In this document: one piece after another, positions 42,401-51,338 of the stretch
How positions within the stretch are numbered: the first letter of the stretch is position 1
Layout: each line of letters begins with the position of its first letter
Assembly (NCBI RefSeq): GCF_008831285.2
Contig: NC_045138.2
Span: 23,064,001 to 23,128,000 of the forward strand
DNA: 64,000 nucleotides
From: Nymphaea colorata
Taxonomy: Eukaryota
Direction: 5' to 3'
Program-made: the position numbers and the translations under genes
Notes under the pieces: generated by a model
What the model was told of the DNA's origin: nothing
Database searches by the model: none
The model's input: the letters and a program-made list of their open reading frames with translations, nothing else

Positions 42401-45400
42401 CCCTTTCTCAGGGCAATGGGAAGATCGTCATTCTTCTTTTCAACCTCATCATGAGTCTCCACGGTCTCCTCGGTAGGACTTGGTTCATCCAGGGAAGGAG
42501 TGGCATTGGGATTGGAAGTAGATCTAGCATCACAAGTCATCATCTCTGTCCGAGTACCTCGTCTAGAGTAGAACTGTCCAAACAACTAAGGGCCTTCCTT
42601 CTCAATGCTATTGTCACCCCTTTCCTCCTTCTCAGGCACATCAACAGTATTAAGTGATTCTGCTTTCTTGTAGTCCAAAAAATCTATAAACTAAAGTTCT
42701 TGTCTTTGAGAATACTCTTCCTTGCCCATAGACTCCTCCCCCTGAAGAGGATTCACACCAAAGTAAGAGGCATGTTCCAAGAAGGTAACATCCCTCGTAA
42801 CATAAGCTCGACCAGTAATAGGATCAATACATTTGTATCCTTTTTGCGTAGGGGAGTATCCAACAAAGACACCTTTGATAGACCTAGGATCAAGTTTCTT
42901 GACATTTGGACTGTGATCATGGATAAAACATACACAACCAAAAACACGAGGAGGAAGAGGAAATGGTGGACGATTGCCAGGAAGCAACGAGTGGGGAGTC
43001 CTACCATTCAAAACACGACTAGGCATGCGGTTAATAAGATAGGCACTAGTAAGAACTGCATCACCCCAATAGTGTTTAGGAAGATTTCTCTGAAACAAAA
43101 GAGCCCTGGTGACATTAAGGAGTTGACGATTTTTCCTTTCAGCTACCCCATTTTGAGGGGGGTGTAACTATAGGATGTCTCGTGAACAATCCCCCGTTGT
43201 CTAAGAAACTCCTCAATAGGCTGACACATGTACTCACGGGCATTATCGGACCTGAAAGTTTTAACATTCGCACCATACTGGGTATGCACAAGAAGAATAA
43301 ATGTCTCTATGATGCGAGGAAACTCGCTGCGGTCTTTTAACAAGTATATAAATGTAGCACGAGAGAAATCATCAATGAAAGTGATAAAATACTAGAAACC
43401 TTGACGGGTATGAATGCCCAAAGGTTCCCATACATCAGAGTGAATCAGGGAAAAAGCTTTATTAGCACAACTAGAAGAAAGAGGGTACGAAGCCCTCACA
43501 TGTTTGACAAACTGACAAACATCACAAGAAATGGAAGACAAATCAAAGGAGGAACACAAGTCTGGAAACAAATGTTTCAAAATCCCAAAAGGTAAATGCC
43601 CAAAACGTTCATGCCAGTACATAAAAGATTGAAGACAATCTTCTCTTCTCTTATCTGTCTTGCGGATCGCTGTCAACAGAACAGTAGCCACACGTATGGG
43701 AAGACGATATAATCCATCAGAAGCTAAACCAATCCCAATCCTCTTCCCTGTCACCAAGTCCTGCAAAACACAATGATCGGCAGAGAATATAAGTTCACAA
43801 TTCAATTCTTTAGTAAGTCTATTGACTGATAAGAGATTTAAAGGAAACTGGGGAACATGTAAAGCGCCCTGCACATGAAATTTGTCCAACAAGGACAGGG
43901 TGCCTTCGCCTGCCACACAGGTAGAGGAACCATCTGCAAGAGAAACACGTTCCTTTCCCGAGGACAACTTATACTCATGAAACAATTTTGGATTACCTGT
44001 CATGTGATGAGTAGCACCACTATCGACAATCCATTCCCCCACAGAAGAGTTACCTTGATTGCCAATAATAGCAAGAGCATGATTAGCTGTAGTTCCCTCT
44101 GAGGTCTCAATCTTGTTGACATCAATCCTGCCCAAATAAGCCCTTAGTTCACGAAGCTGGTCAGCAGAAATGGAGACTTTTTCTCCACTGGATGCTGGCA
44201 CCTCAGACACAGGCGTTCTCCCAATCGAAGATCTCCATTTGTTTTCCTTCTTTTCTGGATGAAGATCCCAACAATAATCCACGGTGTGACCTGTCTTCTT
44301 GCAGTGAGTGCACCGGTGAAGGGATCTAGACGGGCCGCCAGGACCACGACTCACGAGAGCGGATCTCTCGTTATAGGGCACAAGTTCCCTCTTCCCTTCT
44401 TTTGTAACAAGCCTCCTCTGTTCTTCCGCTTCAACACAGGAGTACACATCTTCAATACTGGACACCTCTCCTGAATTCAGAATCTGGCTTCGAACACCTT
44501 CAAACTCATCATTTAAACCTGCTAAAAAGAGGAACACCCTGTTTTCCCATTCATGAGCAACATAGAGCGCCTGATCATGGGGACAATGCCAAGGAATATC
44601 AGAATGATAGTCAAGCTCTTCCCACTTGGCTTTCAAAGCTCCATAGTACTCTGCAACAGACGAGTTCCCTTGTCGAATGCCATAGACTGTCTTCATTACT
44701 TGGTAAGTACGAATTGTGGTCTTCTTTTGGCCATACATTTGCTCGAGGACCACCCACATGTCTCTAGCAGTCTTCTTCTGAAGGATAAGGGGCTGAATAT
44801 CGGCGGAAACAGAATTGACAATCCAAGTTTTCACTTGATTATCTTCAAGAAACCAAGTGTGCCACACATCACTTGTTCTTGCTGGTTCGGGGTTGCTCCC
44901 ATCAATATAGGCCATGCGACCACGGCCAGCAATCCCCATAGTCATAGCAGGCGACCACGAGAAATAATTCTCCTTGGTGAGGCGAAGAGTGATGACCGGC
45001 GGAAGAAACAGCAACAGAGAGGCAGCGCCAGAGAAAAAAACGAGGGAGCGGCGCTGGGCAGAGACAGACTGCCGGAACCACGCAGAGCGGCGCTGGGCGG
45101 AAACAGACCGCCGAAACCAGGCAGAGCGGCGCGGCGCTGGGCGGAAATAGACCGCCGGAACCAGGCAGAGCGGCGCGGCACCGGAAAAAGACACGGTGGT
45201 GGGCGATGCGTCGGATGACAGAGAGGAACGCCGCTGGACAGGTCGTCGCTGGGTAGGCCGACGCTGGGCGGAAGCAGCTGAAACAGGAACGGCACTGATC
45301 AGGGCGTCGCTGGGCCGGTCGTCGCTAGGCGGAGATGGCGGTGGGGCGACAGACGAAGCTCGGGCACGGGCGATGAACAGTGCCGGGCGAGACCTCCTCC

Positions 45401-48261
45401 AACATGGGCAAAAGACAAACCAGAAACGCCGGAACTTCACGGCTCTGATACCATGTAGAAATACGAATAAGAAGAAGACGAAGAGAAACAATGTGTAGAA
45501 ATACGAACAAGAAGAAGACGAAGAGAAACAATGATCACGATGTAACGTGGAAAACCCTCAACACGAGGGAGAAAAAACCACGAATGAGGAGGAGTTGGTG
45601 CCCACTAGCAGCCAGACTCTCTCTCTCTTAAGATTATCATTAACTCTTAAGGATTAGGGTTACATGACTTAAGTAGAGCCCAAAACGGGCTACAAGGCAG
45701 GTCGGGTATGGATCCGGACCCGAAACACACAATCTATCAACACAAACCATCAGACACCAAACCAATCTCAATCTTCTTCCCTGTCACCAAGTCCTACAAA
45801 ACAGAACGTTTTTCAGAAAATATAAGTTCACAGTTCAGTTCCTTGGTGATCTTGCTAACAGATAAAAGATTTAAGGGAAGATGGGGAACATGCAGGGCAC
45901 CATGCACCAAGAAATTGTTCAATAAAGACAGACTTCCTTTCCCTGCCACAGAGGTAAAGGAGCCATCGGCAAGGGACACACGTTCCTTTCCCGATGATAG
46001 CTTGTAGTCATGAAAGAGTTTGGGGTTACCAGTCATGTGATGAGTGGCACCACTATCAACAATCCACTCTCCCATACAAGAAGTACCTTGTTCACCTGAA
46101 ACAGCTAGTGCCTGATTGACATTCACCTCATCTGACGTGTCAGCCTGACCAACATCAATCTGGCTCAAATATGCTCGCAGCTCACGAATCTGTTCTGCAA
46201 AAATAGAAACTTTACCATCACTAGGATTCGTTGCATTCGAAACGGGCTTCTTCCCACCAGAAGATCTCCCCCTACTATTCTTCTTCTCGGGATGCAGGTC
46301 CCAACAAAAGTCCATCGTATGACCAAGTTTTTTGCAGTGTGTACACTGACGGGAAGAACGGGTAGTTCCCACAGAGGCACGGCTAACGAAGGCGGACCGT
46401 TCAGTGTGAGACATGGGGTCCCCCTTTCTCCCACTTATGACCAGCCTCCTTTGCTCTTCAGCTTCAACACGGGAATAGACATCTTCAATACTGAATGATT
46501 TGTCAGAGTTAAGAATCTGACTTCTTATATTCTCGAATTCATCGTTCAGTCCAGCTAAGAAAAGGAATACCCTATTCTCCCACTCCTTTGCCATATACTG
46601 CATCTGGTCTTGAGCAGAACTCCATGTAACATCGGAATAGTAGTCAAGATCCTCCCACTTAGATTTTAATATTGCGTAGAAATCTGCAACCGAGAGATCC
46701 CCTTGCCGCAGAGCATATACTTCCTTCATTAGTTGATACACACAAACTTTTCTTTTCTTTTGACCGTACATCTGTTCCAAAATAATCCACATATCCCTCG
46801 CAGTCTTCTTTCGAAGAATGATGGGTTGAATATCCGAAGACACTGAATTAACAATCCAAGTTTTTACCTGGTTGTCCTTAAGAAACCATGTATCCCAAGC
46901 CATACTATCCACATCAGGTTCGACCCTTCTCCCATTCATATAGGTAGTTCGTCCTCGACCAGCGATCCTCATAGTAATTGCAGCATACCATCGTAGATAA
47001 TTATCTTTGGTAAGCCGAATGGTGGTAACTTGAACCGGTACATTATCAGTTCTCACTGTCCCAACATCATGCTGATCGGTATTGACTGTGGAGGAGGAAG
47101 ACGTGTTGGCCATGATCACCAACTACAAACGGCTGACCAACAGAGGCACACAGCAGCGACAACCCCTGAGGACAACACTGGAGCCTGGTCGGGTGATGCT
47201 GGAGCGATCAACAGCACTGGAGCAGAACAACGAAACAACTAGGGCACGGTCGACAATGGCAGCGGCGGCAGAGTGGCAGACACAGGTGACGCAGAGAATC
47301 TCAGGCGATGCAGTCGGGCGGCGGCGACGGCGGCGGTGGGCAGCGGCGGTGGCGGCGGCAGAAGCAGCGGCAGCGGCAAGTGATTTAGGGTTGGGACTTC
47401 ACAACCCTAAAAAAAATTTTTCAAACTCGTCAGCTCTGATACCATGTAGAAATAATAGACGCACAAGAACGGAAGATTGAACATAGATGTAACGTGGAAA
47501 ACCCTCAACTAGAGGGAAAAAACCACGGGTGAGGAGGTCTGGTGCCCACTAGCCGCCAGACTCTCTCTCTCTCTTTGATACTTCATTAACCTTTAAGATT
47601 AGGGTTTACAATGCTATAAGTATGCCCAAACTAGGACACACTGGATCGGGTCCAAACCCAGACCCATACATCAAGATCCGTCAACAGTGGTGAAAGTATG
47701 AGTTTTGAGGACAGATGTCAAAATTGTTGTTCCCATGCACAACAACAGCAGAAAAGTGAAACCTGATGGTGAAATCCACCTCACCCATCATTATTATGGA
47801 CCATCCAATCTCGAGAGATAGAATGGGCCGGTGACTATGATACATACATACATACATACCACTGTCACATAAATCGTGTATGGGTATTATATGGTGAAGA
47901 ATTTCTTGGGTATAATACGGCAAAGTTGTATATCATGGGAAAATCTCCGCACATTTTTAAAAAATTTAAAACATTTAATAAATCCTAACGCATATAATAT
48001 GCATTTTTTCATGTTTTTTATTTTCTGGTGTTTTTTTAACAAAGACGCACCTAATTGCTGTTTTATGCGGGTGATTTATTTCTCGGATATTATATGCATT
48101 TTTTTCGAATAATACGCATTTGATGTGATTATATATATATTGAAATCAGCCAGCTATTTCCGTGACCGGATGGTTTTTTTTTATTTTCTGTCACAAAAAA
48201 CTGTCACAAGAGGGTATTCTAATGCTAAAAACCATTAACAAAAAACTGACCATCACAAATG

Positions 48262-48307
<46 letters not shown>

Positions 48308-51300
48308 CACTAATGCCAATATAATAACTGTTTTGTAGCGAAACATTTTTCAATTTTAATTAACCAACAACATTTGGAATCTGACATGATTGAATCGCCC
48401 TACATATGTAAACGAATCTATAAAAGTCTTCTTTTTCATATTATGCCACCTAGAAATATCAACTTATTTTATGACGAACAGAGATGGATTCTAACAAAAA
48501 AAGCTATGTGCTGATTTCAGCATCCAAGCAACTTACTTGCAACAAATTCTTGACGAGATAAAGAGCTGCAGGAATCGGGTAAACTTTAACCTCATCTAAA
48601 GTAGTACCTACTCTGAGTAGCAAATAAAAAATGGTCAGATAAAGGAAATGCACGTACAAAAAGACATGAATGCAACAACCAAAAAAAAACTGAAAATGCA
48701 GGAACAAAGGTCATCAGTAAGCCCCATGATAATTGCTAATCGACCAACATGAAAACAAAAATATATGCTGTAGCAGAGAAGCACACCAATGCACTTGTGC
48801 TCCACTCTCGTGCATGTTGTCACGTGATTTTTGCTTCCTCCACTCATCACTCATTTTGTTCATTTACCTTGTGGGTAGCATACACTAATTCATCATTTAC
48901 TGTTTCAATCCATAAAGCAAGTAAATATATGGAATAAATTTCTATTTGGTGTTTCTCATGTATCATTCTTTTTTATGGATCACTGACAAGTCCTAATGTG
49001 CATAGTTTTCAATTGGTGAAGGATAACTGATGACCATTCATTGATGATTTTTCAACTCTGAAATTCAATCTCAACTTGTTATCTCCTTACCAACTTGCAA
49101 GATGAGATTGACAAATGGAATTTCAATGATGGCCAGTGACTGGGACCAAGCACATTTTGGAGTTGCGGCTATGTCACATAGGTACGGGTACGGGTGCCGG
49201 TGCGGGTCGGGTACTGAGCATTTTCAAAAAACTTGGGTGCGGGGGTACGGCCATATATATATATAAACAATAAGAAATACTTAGAAAATATGTATCAAAA
49301 TAAAGGATATACATCAACATAAACAAATAAATAACATAGAAAATATATATCAACGGCTCTTGCAGCAGTGTGTTTAAGAAACCTATGAAAAACTTTAAAC
49401 ATATGGACAACCAAGCAGCCCTTTAGTCAAATATGAACATCAATCGAATTTTCACATCCAAAGAATAGAATAAAAAGGTGGAAAAAATTAAATCAAAGAA
49501 AAATTAAACAGTTTGGATCTATAGGTACCCAAGTGTCAAAGTACCCATTTTGGGTACGGGTACGGCGACACGGGTACGTGGACCTTACTGAAGTACCCAT
49601 GTGACTTAGAGTTGCAGCAACACGTTTCTCAGCATGAAATGGACTGAGGCTGACCTGCCCCTAGTGAAGCTCTGCTCCTGCATGGGGCTCGTCTGCAATC
49701 CAAACCAAGCACTTGAGGAGGCATATGACATTCTGCAGGTGCTAGAACTCAGGAGCAGCATGGGTGTCAGTGTTGGGGCTGTTTGGGGAGACTCAGCAAG
49801 CAGTGAGCTTCAATGCAAGATCAGGAAACGTGAGCATGGATCCCTTTCACCTGACCTGTTCCTCCTCTCTAAATGGATTCAGCCCACTTGGCATCGGGTT
49901 TCAAGGAGGAGACTGATAGTTCAGAGTCGGAGTGTCAGAAGAAGACTCAGAATCATGATGGCAGGCAGAAATAGAATCCCCGAAAGATGGGCAGATCTGG
50001 AATGGCTCAAACTCTGCATCACAGTTTTGGAAGTTTTCCCGGCCTTTCAAGCTGGTGAAGTCATGAAGAGATGTGGCTACCTGGATGGCCAAAATGATGC
50101 TGGCTAATTTTGTTCTGGTCTGCTGGGTTCTCATCCCCTGGCAGGTTTTGGTACTGTCCACCAATGGTGGAATAGGTTTTTGGTCCATAGCTGTATGGTG
50201 TACAGCTTGTTTTGTCTCTGTTGATGCTTAGCATCCTGTGCAGTCACTTTCGTACATATATTTTTTGCTAATAAAGGTGGGAGCCTTTCTCCCTGCAATT
50301 CCTATTGGAAATGGAATTTCTATGACGGCCAGTGACTGAGACCAAGCACATTTGGACATCAATGTTGCAAATAGTTCTTCAGAACTAGACAAAATGCCTA
50401 GAGTCAAGAACCTTCAAAGTCTGTGAGAGAAACTTATAAACTGTTGTCTCACGGCTTTTCACAAATGAATAACATTAAATATTATTTGGATATTACAGTG
50501 CTTGTTTAATTTATGTTATGTTTTGTTAAGGGCACTAGTAAAGTCTAGGCACCATTTTTTACAAAGTTAGTTATAGGCCAAAAAAAGGACCAAACCAAAT
50601 AACCAAGTTTTTCCATTAACTTACAATATTAAGAATAATCATGACAAGCAAGTCAGAGAGATGAACTTTCTCCTGAGAAACAAATGAAATTGCATGTGTG
50701 AAGGAAAAGAAAACAAAGCAAGTGATGTAAAAATTTGACTGAGAATAGATCACCTGTTATCTTCAGTAACACCATCCGTGTTCCATATTTTTGCAAGGGC
50801 TAGAAGTGATAATACGCATTTCAAGGCCTCCACCTTAATACACATAATCATATCAACCAACAATAACCAATGGCAGGGAAACAGGTTAAGCAATGAGTGA
50901 GATGGATAATCAACCATTTGATGCCAATAAAATTTCAATCACCTCAATGGAATGCAATTCTCGCACAGGCATGAGTTACATGTTAAGCAAGCAAACATAA
51001 CAAAAATTAATGCAGACTCGAGCATCAACCATTTTGTTTAAGCTACCATTTACCCACCAAAAAATTTGCTGTCGTCCCACTATAGTCATATTTTCCAGCT
51101 CTTCTGGACCATGCTATAAGTATAGCCTGGGAACTAGTCAGAAATGTCAAGGCAACAGTCACAAGTGTTCTGCAGCAACACAAAGGCCGAAAATGAGACA
51201 CATTAGAATTTTGGAAAACCCATTTTCACTGCTAACATAAAAGTAGAATTTTATTGCACTTAATTTTTACTTACTTGTGCTTCCATTTGGAGTTATCAAC

Positions 51301-51324
51301 AAAGGCATCCCCAAGTTTTCCCAT
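27350..51324 (-). CDS. Nucleotide-sugar transporter (CMP-sialic acid transporter-like, SLC35A family); multi-exon, apparently lacking its central exons, possibly a pseudogene
   Basis: Exons (minus): 51275-51338 (ATG at 51324), 51058-51169, 50754-50833, 48537-48612, 28680-28801, 28526-28585, 28402-28450, 27480-27574, 27350-27401. All are GT-AG, phases are compatible, 696 nt from the ATG = 231 aa + stop. Peptides TFLTSSQAILIAWS, VYPIPAALYLVKNLLQ, AIIKKRPSRNINVQNFWLY, GIAVSMVMKYADNIVK match plant CMP-sialic acid transporter-like proteins as recalled. The true start codon is uncertain. Confidence 0.88.
27480..27574 (-). CDS. Transporter exon (VYSTSVAMLFTAVVSVFLFGYHLSLAFFLGT)
   Basis: ttgcAG / GTaagt boundaries. 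Confidence 0.92.
27742..28205. repeat. Intronic tandem repeat, 3 x 155 bp
   Basis: Units start TTCGTTACCATCTAAC at 27742, 27897, 28052; only a few mismatches. Confidence 0.95.
28402..28450 (-). CDS. Transporter exon (GIAVSMVMKYADNIVK)
   Basis: ttacAG / GTaat boundaries; KYADNIxK is the SLC35A signature. Confidence 0.93.
28526..28585 (-). CDS. Transporter exon (GFFHGYSLITTCMIINHALS)
   Basis: ttcAG / GTacc boundaries; GFFHGY motif. Confidence 0.92.
28680..28801 (-). CDS. Transporter exon (AIIKKRPSRNINVQNFWLYVFGMVFNVAAIFIQGFDVVLNK)
   Basis: atgcAG / GTaagt boundaries; starts in phase 0. Confidence 0.93.
30444..36571 (+). mobile_element. Ty1/copia LTR retrotransposon A (chimeric, degenerate)
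   Basis: 5' LTR 30444-30688 (TGTTGA..TCAACA), PBS TGGTAAGAGC 30689-30698, gag zinc knuckle, protease WIVDSGA, integrase, RT YVDD, RNase H, PPT AAGGGGGAG 36309-36317, 3' LTR 36318-36571 (TGTTGA..TCTACA). The LTRs differ strongly and the flanks GAAAC/ATGTT do not match. Confidence 0.95.
31628..36323 (+). pseudogene. Disrupted gag-pol of element A
   Basis: ORF fragments 32148-32924, 33344-33637, 33631-34011, 34603-34848, 34974-36017, 36027-36323 in copia order PR-INT-RT-RH with many stops/frameshifts; ~85-bp deletion near 34340 relative to B and C. Confidence 0.93.
37482..40464 (-). pseudogene. Element B pol (INT-RT-RNase H), disrupted
   Basis: ORF fragments 39859-40464, 39373-39852, 38469-39545, 37671-38456; CGA>TGA-type stops at 39859 and 37671 plus frameshifts. 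Confidence 0.93.
40759..44995 (-). pseudogene. Element C gag-pol, disrupted
   Basis: ORFs 43392-45491, 43143-43343, 42691-43098, 42328-42585, 40858-42249 (463 aa RT-RH); six in-frame stops and one frameshift. Confidence 0.92.
45046..45180. repeat. GC-rich tandem repeat, ~3 x 39 bp, in the element C leader
   Basis: Unit GAGCGGCGCTGGGCRGARACAGACYGCCGRAACCASGCA starting at 45046, 45085, 45124. Confidence 0.85.
45768..47113 (-). CDS. gag: Element B Gag: unspliced ORF runs through protease to TAG at 45794; predicted spliced Gag = 47113-46087 + 45793-45768, 350 aa
   Basis: Open frame from ATG 47113 (MANTSS) through copia gag, zinc knuckle CTHCKKLGHTMDFC and WIVDSGATHH; predicted intron 45794-46086. 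Confidence 0.75.
48537..48612 (-). CDS. Transporter exon (VGTTLDEVKVYPIPAALYLVKNLLQ)
   Basis: ctcAG / GTaagt boundaries; ends in phase 0. Confidence 0.93.
49169..49609. mobile_element. hAT MITE with GGGTAC subterminal repeats
   Basis: TIRs CTATGTCACATAGGTAC / GTACCCATGTGACTTAG; 8-bp TSD AGTTGCGG / AGTTGCAG. Confidence 0.85.
50754..50833 (-). CDS. Transporter exon (VEALKCVLSLLALAKIWNTDGVTEDNR)
   Basis: taAG / GTgatc boundaries; lies within ORF-track 50750-50938. Confidence 0.92.
51058..51169 (-). CDS. Transporter exon (TLVTVALTFLTSSQAILIAWSRRAGKYDYSGTTANFL)
   Basis: tgcAG / GTgggt boundaries; conserved first TM peptide. Confidence 0.92.
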
Positions 51325-51338
51325 TCTCCCAAGGGGAG
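51275..51338 (-). CDS. Transporter exon (APLGRMGKLGDAFVDNSKWKHK)
   Basis: cctgcAG acceptor and GTaagt donor; ends in phase 2 and joins the next exon in frame. Confidence 0.7.

Larger units (their letters stand above)
40470..45742 (-). mobile_element. Ty1/copia LTR retrotransposon C nested in element B
   Basis: LTRs 40470-40758 and 45454-45742 (289 bp each, 4 mismatches), TSD CAAAC at 40465-40469 and 45743-45747, PBS 45442-45453, PPT from 40759; B's reading ..VSDGL|YRLPIRV.. resumes across it. Confidence 0.97.
37242..47686 (-). mobile_element. Ty1/copia LTR retrotransposon B (full length, interrupted by element C)
   Basis: LTRs 37242-37481 and 47445-47686 (about 10 substitutions + a 2-bp indel by eye), TSD GTGGT at 37237-37241 and 47687-47691, tRNAiMet PBS TGGTATCAGAGC 47433-47444, PPT at 37482-37490. 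Confidence 0.97.

Noticed and set aside
44553..45498. Long antisense ORFs (221 aa, 100 aa) over element C gag/leader, and Cys/Ala-rich ORFs at 30998-31773
   Set aside because: Expected by-products of GC-rich leaders and antisense coding sequence; no recognisable domain
45791..45796. Programmed stop-codon readthrough between protease and integrase
   Set aside because: The 3' context is GACTTG, not the CARYYA readthrough motif; element C has CAG here and C>T stops are common throughout
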